64,000 nucleotides of DNA from a virus: the UHGV virus genome UHGV-0027388; one strand, given 5' to 3'. A program made the translations under genes and the position numbers. Below are positions 15,751 through 25,251 of this stretch, in pieces. The stretch's first letter is position 1; every line of letters starts with the position of its first letter. The notes beneath the pieces were generated by a model. That model made no database searches. It was not told the origin of the DNA and saw only the letters and a list, made by a program, of their open reading frames with translations.

Positions 15751-16470
15751 ATGGATATTTTGAAAGCAATGACGAAGAAGCACATTCGCATGACCTTTAC
15801 GGAGGAAGTTTTGGGAACCTGCTCCAACAACCCGGAGTTGCATGATGAGTTTATCGCCAGCAAAGCACCAGACGCTATGACACGCGAACAGGAGGTTGCA
15901 GCAATCGGTGTCGGCGATATGGTCGAGAAGGGAATGACCGTTTTCCCCCGCAACTCCGATGGCGTACCTATCCTCTGGGGATACCAGATCGAGGGGTTTC
16001 TCAAAGAGGCCATGAAGAATATCAAAAAACATTGGCCTAACAGCGAGTGCGCAAAAGTAAAGGCCAACAAACAGACTATCGACAATGCGATTTTCGTCTA
16101 TTACGAGGCTATTCCGTACATCGAGATTCAGAGCAAGGAGAAAACAGACCGTATCGGCGTTCCGTATCAAAAGGACGGTGTTTTCTACGACACGGCTATT
16201 CCGGTCGATATGTACGGAGGTGTCGTAGGAGACTGCCAGCGTCCTCTGAGAGCAGAAACCGCACAGGGGCCAAGAGTTGCTCTCGCACACTCCGAGAGCT
16301 TGCCCGCCGGGAGCCAAATCGAGTTCTGGGTCAGCATTGCTCCAATTCTCGGTAAAGGCATTGACGCAGAGGAGGTCTTGCACGAAGTGCTTGACTACGC
16401 ACAGCTCAAGGGTATTGGCCAGTGGCGCAACTCTGGCAAGGGCCGAGCCGTTTGGGAATATATTGACTAA
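15751..16470 (+). CDS. hypothetical phage protein
   Basis: RBS GGAGGT before ATG; protein-like composition (unlike the antisense 363-aa ORF). Confidence 0.55.
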   Translation: MDILKAMTKKHIRMTFTEEVLGTCSNNPELHDEFIASKAPDAMTREQEVAAIGVGDMVEKGMTVFPRNSDGVPILWGYQIEGFLKEAMKNIKKHWPNSECAKVKANKQTIDNAIFVYYEAIPYIEIQSKEKTDRIGVPYQKDGVFYDTAIPVDMYGGVVGDCQRPLRAETAQGPRVALAHSESLPAGSQIEFWVSIAPILGKGIDAEEVLHEVLDYAQLKGIGQWRNSGKGRAVWEYID

Positions 16471-16501
16471 TCCTAAAAATTGATAAGGAGGAAATGCCAA
16501 A

Positions 16502-16810
16502 ATGAAGATGATGAAGTGTGGGCACTCGGCTAACGCAGAGAGAATCAACCCAGATGGAAGCAAATCCCCATACTGCCTGATTTGCGATTGCGGAGAAGTA
16601 GCTGATGAGCCAAATTTGTCCGGGAGAATGGCAAGATGCTCCTGTTACGGTATGATTGTAGATCGGAAGAACGAAACATGGTACCCGCAGATGATGAACG
16701 GGAATAGGTGCGGAAGCATCGTTCCATCCAGTACAGACTTGCCATTCTTTGAGTATAGACCAAATTTCGAGTTCGACAAGTTTTATTGCGGGTGCCAGTC
16801 TTGGGACTGA
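16502..16810 (+). CDS. Cys-rich zinc-finger protein
   Basis: CLICDCG...CSCYG...CGCQ cysteine clusters. Confidence 0.5.
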   Translation: MKMMKCGHSANAERINPDGSKSPYCLICDCGEVADEPNLSGRMARCSCYGMIVDRKNETWYPQMMNGNRCGSIVPSSTDLPFFEYRPNFEFDKFYCGCQSWD

Positions 16811-16843
16811 TTTGCCGCCAACTAAAGGAGGAATAAAAACTAA

Positions 16844-17845
16844 ATGAACGTAAAAAATCAGCTAGTCACACGCCAGAAAGAAGAATTCTCTGCCTTCATT
16901 GCAAAAGAAGGGACTCAGAAAACAATTATGAATGCGCTGAATGATACAGCGTCAGCGCAGAGACTTACATCAACTCTTGTTTCAGCCGTTGCGTCAAACC
17001 CGCAGCTGAAACAATGTAAGTCGGAAACCATCCTTGCAAGTGCTTTGCGCGGTGAAGGAATGGGGCTTATCTACGGGCTGACATATTACCTTGTGCCGTA
17101 CAATGACATCTGCACCTTCCAAATGGGCTACAAGGCATACATTCAGCTTGCGATCACAACGGGGCTTTACTCTGACATGGACTGTCTGGAGGTACGGGAG
17201 GGTGAGCTTGCTGGGCGCGACAAGCGCACAGGAAAGCGCCTAGTTGACTTGTCAGTGTACGAAACCGACGAAGAACGCCTTTCCCACCCAGTTATCGGCT
17301 ACTACGCCTATTTCATCCTGAAAGATGGCACTTTCCGATGTGAATACTGGCCTATGGAAAAGATTTTGGAGCACGCAGACCACTATTCAAAAGCATTTGA
17401 CCTGGAAAAATTCCGAAAGCTACAGAACAATGAGCTTTCAGACAGTGAAGCGGCAAGTCTGCTCGGTGGTTCTCCGTGGTACGATGCGGGCGGCGGTCAG
17501 ATTAAGATGGCAAAAAAGACTGTCCTGAAATCACTCCTGACTTCCGGCTTTGCTCCGCTGTCCAACGAGGTCAAATATCAGTTCCGCTTTGATTCCTCTG
17601 ATGAAACCCCGAAGTTTGAGGGAATGCCGATTTTCAGCACTGACAATACACCCAGGATCGGAAACGAGGCGGCAGAACCAGAGAGTGATGCGCTTCCGGC
17701 TGCTGCTAGTGCGGGGCCCGCTACTCAGAGCGCAGATTCCTTCGATGCGGCCAACGAGCAAACGAAACCGAAGCGCGGTCGGTCAGCTAAGAAAGCGGAA
17801 ACAGACGATGATGTTTTCAACCAGTTTTTCGGAGAGACTGAATAA
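16844..17845 (+). CDS. recT: RecT-family single-strand annealing recombinase
   Basis: AVASNPQLKQC...GLIYGLTYYLVPY...FQMGYKAYIQLA motifs typical of RecT. Confidence 0.8.
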   Translation: MNVKNQLVTRQKEEFSAFIAKEGTQKTIMNALNDTASAQRLTSTLVSAVASNPQLKQCKSETILASALRGEGMGLIYGLTYYLVPYNDICTFQMGYKAYIQLAITTGLYSDMDCLEVREGELAGRDKRTGKRLVDLSVYETDEERLSHPVIGYYAYFILKDGTFRCEYWPMEKILEHADHYSKAFDLEKFRKLQNNELSDSEAASLLGGSPWYDAGGGQIKMAKKTVLKSLLTSGFAPLSNEVKYQFRFDSSDETPKFEGMPIFSTDNTPRIGNEAAEPESDALPAAASAGPATQSADSFDAANEQTKPKRGRSAKKAETDDDVFNQFFGETE

Positions 17846-18309
17846 TGAAAATTGCACAAGTCGGGAAAGACGGAACAATCTACACTATTGTTACCGGGAA
17901 GGTTTCGCGTGATGCAAAATTAGAATATACGCCAAATAAGCACACTCCAAAGGTGACATTCTCAATGTCATACGGGAAGAAGCAGTATGTAAACTGTTGC
18001 GCGCTCGGAGAGAATGACACAACGGTTATTGCATCTACGCTTGAAGGTGGAGATGTTATTTGTGCGGCTGGAACTTACTCTGAGCGAAAATATACGTCTA
18101 AGAAGGATGGCTCCGAAAAGGTCTGGGGGGAAATCCTAGTTGACTTTATCTGCCCGCAGTCATCACTTGCATTTGGAAACCAAGACAGCGCGGAAAGCGT
18201 TCAGGGCGTTCCAGAAGGCTCAGATCAGGCAGAAGCGCAACAGCAGAAGAACGACGATGACAGCGGTTTCTCCGAAGTATGTGACGAGGATGAAGAGTTG
18301 CCGTTCTGA
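17845..18309 (+). CDS. ssb: single-stranded DNA-binding protein
   Basis: OB-fold N-terminal region and acidic C-terminal tail ending DEDEELPF. Confidence 0.8.
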   Translation: MKIAQVGKDGTIYTIVTGKVSRDAKLEYTPNKHTPKVTFSMSYGKKQYVNCCALGENDTTVIASTLEGGDVICAAGTYSERKYTSKKDGSEKVWGEILVDFICPQSSLAFGNQDSAESVQGVPEGSDQAEAQQQKNDDDSGFSEVCDEDEELPF

Positions 18310-18378
18310 TGTAACAAATACGGTTTGGGCGGTGCCGCGTCGTCGCCCAAGCCGAAAAAGAAAGGTACGGGATGAGAA

Positions 18379-19269
18379 TTGGCAGATGCAATTATTGAGC
18401 GATCCATAGTAAGGAAAATTATAGAGAACGCATCTAGACTTCCTTCCCCCTACACATACATTGGAACCGACGGACTTAAACATTGCTCAAGATGCCACGG
18501 CCTGAGAGAGCATACCGTGAAAGTTGATGGTGTATTCAATGGTGTCAAGGTTCCGTGCATCTGTGCTTGTATGCAAAAACGGTATGATGCATCGCTGGAA
18601 TCACAAAGGAAGAAGCAGCTTGAATTAAAAATCATGGAATACCGCAGCTTGGGGTTTGCGGAACGGCGCTACGAGTCCATGACATTTGATGCAGATGCCA
18701 ATGCGGGAAGCAAGTTGTCTAACGCAATGAAGCGTTACTGCGACAACTTCGACAAATTCAAGGAGCGCGGATTAGGGTTGTTGCTATACGGTCCGTGCGG
18801 AACCGGAAAAACATTTTATGCGGCTTGCATCGTGAATCAGCTCATAAACAGCGGCAGACCGGCAATGCTTACGAATTTTTCAAGGCTTGTAAATCTGGCG
18901 CAAGCTACAAAGTTTGAGAATCGTCAAGACTTCTATGATAACTTAGCGCGGGCTGATTTGATTGCCATTGATGATCTCGGAGTTGAGCGTGGAACAGAGT
19001 ATATGACCGAACAGATGGAATTGATTATAGATCAGCTCTATCGAGCCGGAACTCCGATGATTATTACGAGCAATTACAGTCCAGAATGGATGATGAGAGA
19101 ACAGGAACTCAGACGCAAGCGAATGTATGACCGTATATTAGAGCGTTGCCATGCAGTCGAGATTGCCGGAGAGAGTAAAAGAATACAAGCGGGAAGGTCA
19201 AATCACTGGCCTGTGCATAAGGAACTTGGATTGAGCGGTGGAGAAGATGCGTCCGGCACGAGAGCTTGA
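18379..19269 (+). CDS. DnaC/IstB-like AAA+ helicase loader with N-terminal zinc finger
   Basis: Walker A LLLYGPCGTGKTF and Walker B IAIDDLGVER. Confidence 0.8.
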   Translation: MADAIIERSIVRKIIENASRLPSPYTYIGTDGLKHCSRCHGLREHTVKVDGVFNGVKVPCICACMQKRYDASLESQRKKQLELKIMEYRSLGFAERRYESMTFDADANAGSKLSNAMKRYCDNFDKFKERGLGLLLYGPCGTGKTFYAACIVNQLINSGRPAMLTNFSRLVNLAQATKFENRQDFYDNLARADLIAIDDLGVERGTEYMTEQMELIIDQLYRAGTPMIITSNYSPEWMMREQELRRKRMYDRILERCHAVEIAGESKRIQAGRSNHWPVHKELGLSGGEDASGTRA

Positions 19270-19435
19270 GAACTGCCCGTTTTGTGGCTCCGAGGCCAAG
19301 CTATTTTCACACGAAATAGACACCGGGAAGTTTATTTGGTGGGTGCAATGCAGAAATACTCACTGCCTTGCCAGACAAACGCCTGTCAACAGTGAGAAAA
19401 TCGCAGTTGAAAGATGGAATTACAGGGAGTGTTAA
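19238..19435 (+). CDS. Lar-family restriction alleviation protein
   Basis: CPFCGS...WWVQC..HC...AVERWNYRE zinc-finger pattern. Confidence 0.6.
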   Translation: MEKMRPARELENCPFCGSEAKLFSHEIDTGKFIWWVQCRNTHCLARQTPVNSEKIAVERWNYREC

Positions 19436-19494
19436 GACGTTGTTTCAACGTGCGTAATATACTTCACACAGTTCTGAAATGAGGACGGTACCAA

Positions 19495-19689
19495 ATGACA
19501 CGGTTTGAATGGCTACAGGCCACATCTAAAGAAGAAGCCGCAGATTGCCTTGCGAACCTTCTGAATTGGACTGTTTCAGAGGCTTGTGCCTACTACAATC
19601 AAATGCCGCCTTATTGGGCATACCTGACGAGAGAAGATATTCTTGAAATATTAGATAGACCGATAGAGAAGGACGTGACAGCTGAATGA
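19495..19689 (+). CDS. hypothetical protein
   Basis: ORF with RBS. Confidence 0.4.
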   Translation: MTRFEWLQATSKEEAADCLANLLNWTVSEACAYYNQMPPYWAYLTREDILEILDRPIEKDVTAE

Positions 19690-20156
19690 TCTTTATTGGA
19701 ATAGACCCAGGAAAGAGCGGCGCTATGGTCGTTTCATTCCCAGATGGGCATATGGATTGCATTTTCTTTGACGAGAGAGCTTACGCGAAAGAGATCAGAA
19801 CTGTAGCAGACACAATGCGGCAGGAGAATGAAAAGGCTGTGTGCTGCTTGGAACGAGTCGGAGCGATGCCAAAACAGGGACTGGCAAGCACCTTCAATTT
19901 TGGCATGAATTACGGGATTATCCAGGGCGCCTTAATCGCTTGCGGAGTTCCGTTTGAGCTAGTAAGCCCGCAGAAATGGAAGAAGGAGTTTGGGGTAACA
20001 TCAGACAAGAACACGTCAATTCAGGTTTGTCAGCACCTTTTCCCAGACCTCAATCTTTACAGGACAGACCGCTGTAGGAAGCCACATGATGGGCTTGCAG
20101 AAGCGGCCCTGATGTGCGAATACGCCAGAAGAAAGTGGAGTGATGCGCAACGATGA
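19686..20156 (+). CDS. RuvC-like Holliday junction resolvase
   Basis: N-terminal IGIDPGKSGAMVV catalytic motif. Confidence 0.75.
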   Translation: MIFIGIDPGKSGAMVVSFPDGHMDCIFFDERAYAKEIRTVADTMRQENEKAVCCLERVGAMPKQGLASTFNFGMNYGIIQGALIACGVPFELVSPQKWKKEFGVTSDKNTSIQVCQHLFPDLNLYRTDRCRKPHDGLAEAALMCEYARRKWSDAQR

Positions 20157-20347
20157 AGGAATTTATTAAATGCCCGAACGGGCATATTTTGGGAGAACTC
20201 AAGAAGGATGGAACCTTTACAAGTAAGCACAGGCGCAGAATTGTGACCGTCAGAGCTGACGGAGAAATCACTCTTGAGTGTGGCCAATGCGGGAAAATCG
20301 TTCAGATTTCCACCCATTACCCCGTCGGAAGCGGTGATGGAGAATGA
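20153..20347 (+). CDS. zinc-ribbon protein
   Basis: CPNGH...CGQCG. Confidence 0.4.
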   Translation: MKEFIKCPNGHILGELKKDGTFTSKHRRRIVTVRADGEITLECGQCGKIVQISTHYPVGSGDGE

Positions 20348-20550
20348 ATTATAGGGGTCAAAAGCACCTGCACCCTCTCCCACCTTGTCAACATTGCGGG
20401 ATGGATAGTGGAGTGAGGAAACAGACAGAAGAACCAGATCGATACTGCGTGATTTGTGAAAGTTGCGGATGGCATACAGCAATGAGCACAGACAAGGCTA
20501 AGGCAACCCGCGATTGGAAGAACGGAAAACTCTTTCCGGGACGCAAATAA
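20344..20550 (+). CDS. Lar-like zinc-finger protein
   Basis: CQHCG...CVICESCGWHTA...ATRDWKNGK. Confidence 0.45.
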   Translation: MNYRGQKHLHPLPPCQHCGMDSGVRKQTEEPDRYCVICESCGWHTAMSTDKAKATRDWKNGKLFPGRK

Positions 20551-20563
20551 AGGCGGCGATTGA

Positions 20564-21124
20564 ATGACCTACGAAGAATGCAAAAAAAAAGGCGTATGCC
20601 CGCAGTGCAGGAAAAGGAAGGCAATAGAAGGATATTTCTACTGCCAAGAATGTCTGGATTACAAGCGCAAGTCCGCAGAGGAATACAGGAGAAGGAGAGG
20701 GGCTATGCCAAGGGCCGGAATCGGAGAAAAGTATATAGCGTGTCGTCTAGAAAAATTTTGCCAGTATGGCGGCGGGAATGGGACGTGCGACTATTATCTC
20801 GATACAGGAATAAGGCGGGTTCCAATATGCGGAGTTGATTCAGAATGTACCGTGTTTGATCCGATAAGCGATGTAGCCGAAAAAGAAGCAAACAAAATAA
20901 TTTCTGGGGCTTATTCCGAGGCTTGTGCGGGTGAAAAGGCGGGAAGAAAGGGCTGTCCTGCAATAAAGGGACACGAAGAAAAAGCGCTTGAGTTATACAA
21001 GAGCGGAATGTACGACACGGAAATTGGATGTGCGCTTGGACTTAGCACAAGCCAGATTTTTGAATGGAGAAAGTCGCTTAGATTGCCAGCAAACACTAGA
21101 AGAAGATCGGGCGAAAGGACGTGA
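20564..21124 (+). CDS. Cys-rich protein with C-terminal sigma-70 region-4-like HTH
   Basis: CPQCRK..CQEC N-terminus; ALELYKSGMYDTEIGCALGLSTSQIFEWRK C-terminus; A9 run at 20582-20590. Confidence 0.5.
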   Translation: MTYEECKKKGVCPQCRKRKAIEGYFYCQECLDYKRKSAEEYRRRRGAMPRAGIGEKYIACRLEKFCQYGGGNGTCDYYLDTGIRRVPICGVDSECTVFDPISDVAEKEANKIISGAYSEACAGEKAGRKGCPAIKGHEEKALELYKSGMYDTEIGCALGLSTSQIFEWRKSLRLPANTRRRSGERT

Positions 21125-21354
21125 ATTTTGTGCCGTATGGGTATGAGAGACGCAGACGGAGAGCTGCAATATGCGAAGATAACTGCATGATGGAGCCGGA
21201 AATGCGAAACTGCAAAAGAGACTGCGGGTCGTGCGGATGGGACATTGGAGAGCATCGGAGACGGGTTAAGCGGGTAAAAAATCTGGATTTAAAAGTGAAT
21301 CAAGAAACCGGAAACCATTATCTATCAATCAGAAGGAAGAACCCGTTTTTATGA
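21121..21354 (+). CDS. small Cys-rich protein
   Basis: CKRDCGSCGWD. Confidence 0.35.
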   Translation: MNFVPYGYERRRRRAAICEDNCMMEPEMRNCKRDCGSCGWDIGEHRRRVKRVKNLDLKVNQETGNHYLSIRRKNPFL

Positions 21355-21632
21355 AAACGTGTCAGCACTACAAGAATGAGAGTTCGTGTTTTACTTGTCC
21401 ATACCCGGATTGCAGATGGCAAGGGAAAATTGGAGTACGCAGACTGACCATTGATGAAAAAATCCAGAAAGAGGAAGCGTTGACTCTCAAATACGAATTA
21501 GAGTATATCGCAAAGAAAGAGCAGGGGGACCGTACAGGATCAAAGGGGCCATACAGCAAGATGAAATACCATGAAAAACGGCTGAGAGAGCTACGGTCTG
21601 AGAAAAAACGGATATATGGAGAAGCCGAATGA
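21351..21632 (+). CDS. hypothetical protein
   Basis: ORF, CxxC pairs. Confidence 0.4.
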   Translation: MKTCQHYKNESSCFTCPYPDCRWQGKIGVRRLTIDEKIQKEEALTLKYELEYIAKKEQGDRTGSKGPYSKMKYHEKRLRELRSEKKRIYGEAE

Positions 21633-21723
21633 GACACTCGGAAACTCCATAGCGCTTCCGCAAAGGAATTGTCGGAGATTATCAGAAATACCTATGAGGT
21701 GAAATTTGTTCGGAGATGATTGA

Positions 21724-22419
21724 TTGAGCGAATATATAAAAAACGGAGTTGCAAGCCGGACGTTCAACGCAGACTGCCTCATAAAAATGAAGGAGTACCC
21801 TGATGGTTATTTTGACCTTGCAGTGGTTGACCCACCATATGGCGGGGGGGGGGGGATTTCACGGCAGGAACGGAACGAGGTTCGGTGGCCGGTTCGAGAA
21901 ATATACCTCTCAAGAACCGGCGGCGGATGGGCAGCTAAATTCGGCAAAAAAATTGTGGCTTGGGACAACGCGCCAAGCAAAGAATATTTCGATGAACTGT
22001 TTCGCGTTTCTAAGCAACAGGTCATATGGGGCGGGAATTACTTCAACCTCCCACCGTGCCGATGCTTTATTGCGTGGCATAAAACGAACATCCCGGAAGA
22101 ATTTACAATGTCGAACGTAGAGTATGCATGGACTAGCTTCAATGAAAATGCCAAGCTATGGCACGGTTCCAGCGCAAGAAGCAAGAATGAATCCCATTTC
22201 CACCCGACGGAAAAGCCACAAGCTCTCTACGCATGGATTTTCCGGCGATTTTCAAAACCGGGCGATAAAATCCTAGATACACATTTAGGAAGCGGGACAA
22301 GCCGAAAGGCCGCATGGGATGCAGGGCTTGACTTCACTGGATTTGAGATAGATGCGGAGTACTTCCTGAAACAGGAGGAAGCATTTCAGGAATATGCGAA
22401 TCAAACCACGCTATTTTAG
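21724..22419 (+). CDS. orphan DNA methyltransferase (N6-adenine or N4-cytosine, beta class)
   Basis: motif IV DPPY at aa 36-39, motif I ILDTHLGSGTS near the C-terminus, HPTEKP; contains a G12 homopolymer. Confidence 0.85.
   Translation: MSEYIKNGVASRTFNADCLIKMKEYPDGYFDLAVVDPPYGGGGGISRQERNEVRWPVREIYLSRTGGGWAAKFGKKIVAWDNAPSKEYFDELFRVSKQQVIWGGNYFNLPPCRCFIAWHKTNIPEEFTMSNVEYAWTSFNENAKLWHGSSARSKNESHFHPTEKPQALYAWIFRRFSKPGDKILDTHLGSGTSRKAAWDAGLDFTGFEIDAEYFLKQEEAFQEYANQTTLF
21844..21855 (+). repeat. 12-G homopolymer inside the methyltransferase ORF (currently in frame, encoding GGGG)
   Basis: ccatatggcGGGGGGGGGGGGatttc; alternative-frame ORFs begin just downstream. Confidence 0.9.
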
Positions 22420-22469
22420 GTAGAACGCATATAAATGTACAGTTACAGATTCAACGCAAGGAGGATAAC

Positions 22470-22868
22470 ATGGGTAAAACATACAAGATCATGCTGACTG
22501 AGAATCAGCTCAGAGTCATCAATGCAGCATTGGAGGAATATTTCCGGGCGGCGCTTGGCCAGTGGGATTTGCTGGCAGAACGTTTAGCTTTCCGTGGTTT
22601 CAACGACCACTCCAACAACAACATTGAGCTTGTCCGGCGTATGACAAAGAAAGATGCAGCTAGGCGTATGCTTAACGCGGTAGGCGAAATCCTAGTTGAT
22701 CGCTATGATATTCCCAAGCAGGAAGAAGATATGATCGCCGTTGATATGTGGCGCATTCTGCGGTGGGAATTGCAACCGGAGTCATTCAAGCGGGAAATTT
22801 ACAGAGACACATACCACGAGAGCGATGAACCACCTATCAAGGTGGAGGAGGTATCAGATGACGCTTGA
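22470..22868 (+). CDS. hypothetical protein
   Basis: ORF with RBS AAGGAGGA. Confidence 0.5.
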   Translation: MGKTYKIMLTENQLRVINAALEEYFRAALGQWDLLAERLAFRGFNDHSNNNIELVRRMTKKDAARRMLNAVGEILVDRYDIPKQEEDMIAVDMWRILRWELQPESFKREIYRDTYHESDEPPIKVEEVSDDA

Positions 22869-23058
22869 AAACAAAAAGGAGCTTGTACGGCTTTTACATC
22901 TGTACATGGCTGATATTATGCGGCAGGATGCGGTCAAGCGGCGCGAGGATAAGCGCAATATGGGAATGCATATTGGCATTAAAAGCCAGTTCGACCATGC
23001 ACGCATTATCGCAGACAAACTAACGAAAGAGATTTCAAACGATCTTTTCAGATTTTGA
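22858..23058 (+). CDS. hypothetical small protein (66 aa)
   Basis: GGAGGAGG RBS before ATG 22858. Confidence 0.4.
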   Translation: MTLENKKELVRLLHLYMADIMRQDAVKRREDKRNMGMHIGIKSQFDHARIIADKLTKEISNDLFRF

Positions 23059-23071
23059 CGGGGGAACAACC

Positions 23072-23275
23072 ATGTATGAACTGAAACCTTGCCCATTTTG
23101 CGGCGGGAGCGCGCTTCTGGGCACCGACCCGGACGGCGTGACCGATACAGAAGGAAGAAAATGGGCGTATATAGTTGTTTGTAGTGAATGTTGCGCAACG
23201 ACAGGGCTGTGCGACTCTATTAGAATGGCGGCAAATAGCTGGAACAGGAGGGCCGAAGATGTACCTACTCTTTAA
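23072..23275 (+). CDS. Lar-family restriction alleviation protein
   Basis: LKPCPFCGG...CSECC...AANSWNRRA. Confidence 0.6.
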   Translation: MYELKPCPFCGGSALLGTDPDGVTDTEGRKWAYIVVCSECCATTGLCDSIRMAANSWNRRAEDVPTL

Positions 23276-23522
23276 CATTATCTCCTTTTGTGCTGGCGCT
23301 ATCATCGGCGTAGTGCTAACAGCCTGCATCGTTGCGGCGGATTGGCACGAGAAGCCCCGGCGGCACCGGGGTTGGTGGATTGTAGATGAAGAAGGTCGCG
23401 CGCACTGCTCTAGGTGCGGTGGTGTGATTGGCTTTAATGACCATGAGCCTACGGATTACTGCCCGTTATGCGGTGCAGAAATGAAAGGAGTGAAGATCGA
23501 TGCAAAGAGAGATCAACAATGA
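23259..23522 (+). CDS. membrane-anchored zinc-ribbon protein
   Basis: N-terminal TM helix, then CSRCGG...CPLCG. Confidence 0.4.
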   Translation: MYLLFNIISFCAGAIIGVVLTACIVAADWHEKPRRHRGWWIVDEEGRAHCSRCGGVIGFNDHEPTDYCPLCGAEMKGVKIDAKRDQQ

Positions 23523-23850
23523 ACTGTACATCATGACAGAGGAAATCGAAAAGAGAATTGACATCGGCAATCAGCTCACACAAATTGCAGAGGAGGCTAC
23601 AGAGCTGGCTCAAGCGGCGCTAAAATACAGGAGGGAGCTCCAAACCGAATATGGAGATAAAGGTATCAGTCCAACGCCCAAAACTGCAAATGAAACATAT
23701 GTCGATCTCGTGGAAGAGTGTTCCGATGTTATGCTCTCCCTTATGGTGTTCGGAGAAGGACTTATCTCAGATGGAATTATGCTCAACAAGGCCAGACGCT
23801 GGCTAGACCGCTTGAAGCGCTATCGGGATGAAGGCGAAGAAAACGACTAA
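23500..23850 (+). CDS. MazG-like nucleotide pyrophosphohydrolase domain protein
   Basis: EEATELAQA...EECSDV EExxE/D motifs. Confidence 0.5.
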   Translation: MQREINNELYIMTEEIEKRIDIGNQLTQIAEEATELAQAALKYRRELQTEYGDKGISPTPKTANETYVDLVEECSDVMLSLMVFGEGLISDGIMLNKARRWLDRLKRYRDEGEEND

Positions 23851-23879
23851 AAACTACGAAAAAGGAGCGAGGATAAAAG

Positions 23880-24473
23880 ATGAAAAAAGTAATTTCGTGC
23901 CATTGTGCAAATAGTTGCTCACACTATCTAGTAAAACGTACCGTACCAATCACAATAGGAAAACACAAATTTGAATACAAAAATGTTAGAGCATTCTGTA
24001 GTAATTGCGGAGGAGAGGTGTGGACAGACGAAATTGTTATGCTCGCACACGAGACAGCCTCAGCATTGAGTCGGTTGATTGAGACTGCCCTGTATGAATC
24101 GTCTGAAGAAATCGAAAATCGTACAACGAGGAATGAGAGAAGAATGACCAGAAACGAAATTCTGAAAGCCGCAGAGAAAATCGTGAGCGGCGAACGACAG
24201 GAACAGTACGGTTCCCCGGAAGATAATTTTGCGGTGATTGCCCGCTATTGGGAGTGCTATCTTGATGCACGGGCGAAAAACGGCGGCAGTGATGCAACAT
24301 TCACGCTTGGCGCAGACGATGTGGCGGCTATGATGATTCTTTTTAAAGTTGGCCGTCTAAGCACTGGTGCCGGAAGCGCCGATACATGGATTGACATTGC
24401 GGGCTATGCGGCTTGCGGCGGTCAAATTCAGACGGCGAAGAAGAATGACGGAGAATCCCCAAATGAAACGTAA
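23880..24473 (+). CDS. hypothetical protein with N-terminal zinc finger
   Basis: ORF with RBS GGAGCGAGG. Confidence 0.45.
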   Translation: MKKVISCHCANSCSHYLVKRTVPITIGKHKFEYKNVRAFCSNCGGEVWTDEIVMLAHETASALSRLIETALYESSEEIENRTTRNERRMTRNEILKAAEKIVSGERQEQYGSPEDNFAVIARYWECYLDARAKNGGSDATFTLGADDVAAMMILFKVGRLSTGAGSADTWIDIAGYAACGGQIQTAKKNDGESPNET

Positions 24474-24798
24474 TTCATACTTGGATAGGCTCCAACAACA
24501 GCGGGAGCTGGAACTCAATATTGCGGAGACATGGGCTATTCAGAGTGCTATGGACTGCGCTGGGGATATTATGAACTCCATGTTTGGAATCGGTCGAGAC
24601 AGGCTGGCGGAGTTCAATGCGGAATTTCAGAAGAATTACCCGGACTACCGAAGGGCGCTGACAAGAGACCCGGAAGCAGACTATTTCAGAGAAAAGATAG
24701 ACCAGCGTCAAAAAGAAATTTATAAAGAAAAAGCCCTCCCGTGGGAGGACAGATACGATGGATGGAAGGAGTTTTCCAATGCGAGTAAAGTTAGATGA
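24463..24798 (+). CDS. hypothetical protein (111 aa)
   Basis: in-frame ATG at 24463 after GGAGAA. Confidence 0.4.
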   Translation: MKRNSYLDRLQQQRELELNIAETWAIQSAMDCAGDIMNSMFGIGRDRLAEFNAEFQKNYPDYRRALTRDPEADYFREKIDQRQKEIYKEKALPWEDRYDGWKEFSNASKVR

Positions 24799-25189
24799 GG
24801 GTGCATTCCCACCAGTCAGAGAGCATGAAACAGATGCTGGGCTTGACCTTAAAACCCCTATTTCCTTCAAGATTCTTCCGCACGAATCTAAAATCATTGA
24901 TACCGGAGTCCATATTGAGCTTCCGCACGGAACAGTCGGAATGCTGAAAAGCAAGTCCGGACTGAACGTCAAGAAGAACATTGTGTCGGAGGGTGTCATT
25001 GATGAAGGATATACCGGGAGCATTCGCGTAAAGCTCTATAATCATGGGAATTTCTTTGTGCCATTTGAGCGCGGAGACAAAATCAGCCAGCTTGTGATTA
25101 TGCCTGTTCTCTATGAAGATGTAAAGATCGTTCATAAGCTGAAACCCTCTGAGCGCGGTGACAACGGATTTGGAAGCACCGGACGATAA
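24758..25189 (+). CDS. dut: dUTP diphosphatase (dUTPase)
   Basis: DAGLDL, GVIDEGYTG and RGDNGFGSTG motifs. Confidence 0.9.
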   Translation: MDGRSFPMRVKLDEGAFPPVREHETDAGLDLKTPISFKILPHESKIIDTGVHIELPHGTVGMLKSKSGLNVKKNIVSEGVIDEGYTGSIRVKLYNHGNFFVPFERGDKISQLVIMPVLYEDVKIVHKLKPSERGDNGFGSTGR

Positions 25190-25251
25190 AGACAACCGAA
25201 CGATAAAAAATGAGTGGCGCTCAAAACTGAGCGCCACTCATTATGCTTCTG

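Noticed and set aside
14996-15769. Long minus-strand ORFs (257 aa and nested 70-102 aa ORFs) across the purine-rich repeat region
   Set aside because: The plus strand is purine-rich, so the minus strand is depleted in stop codons. The predicted proteins are Cys/Leu/Ser/Arg-rich nonsense and there is no RBS.
15472-16563. 363-aa minus-strand ORF antisense to 15751..16470
   Set aside because: Its composition is implausible (frequent Cys/Leu/Arg, no motifs), whereas the plus-strand gene has a GGAGG RBS and protein-like composition. Kept the plus-strand gene.
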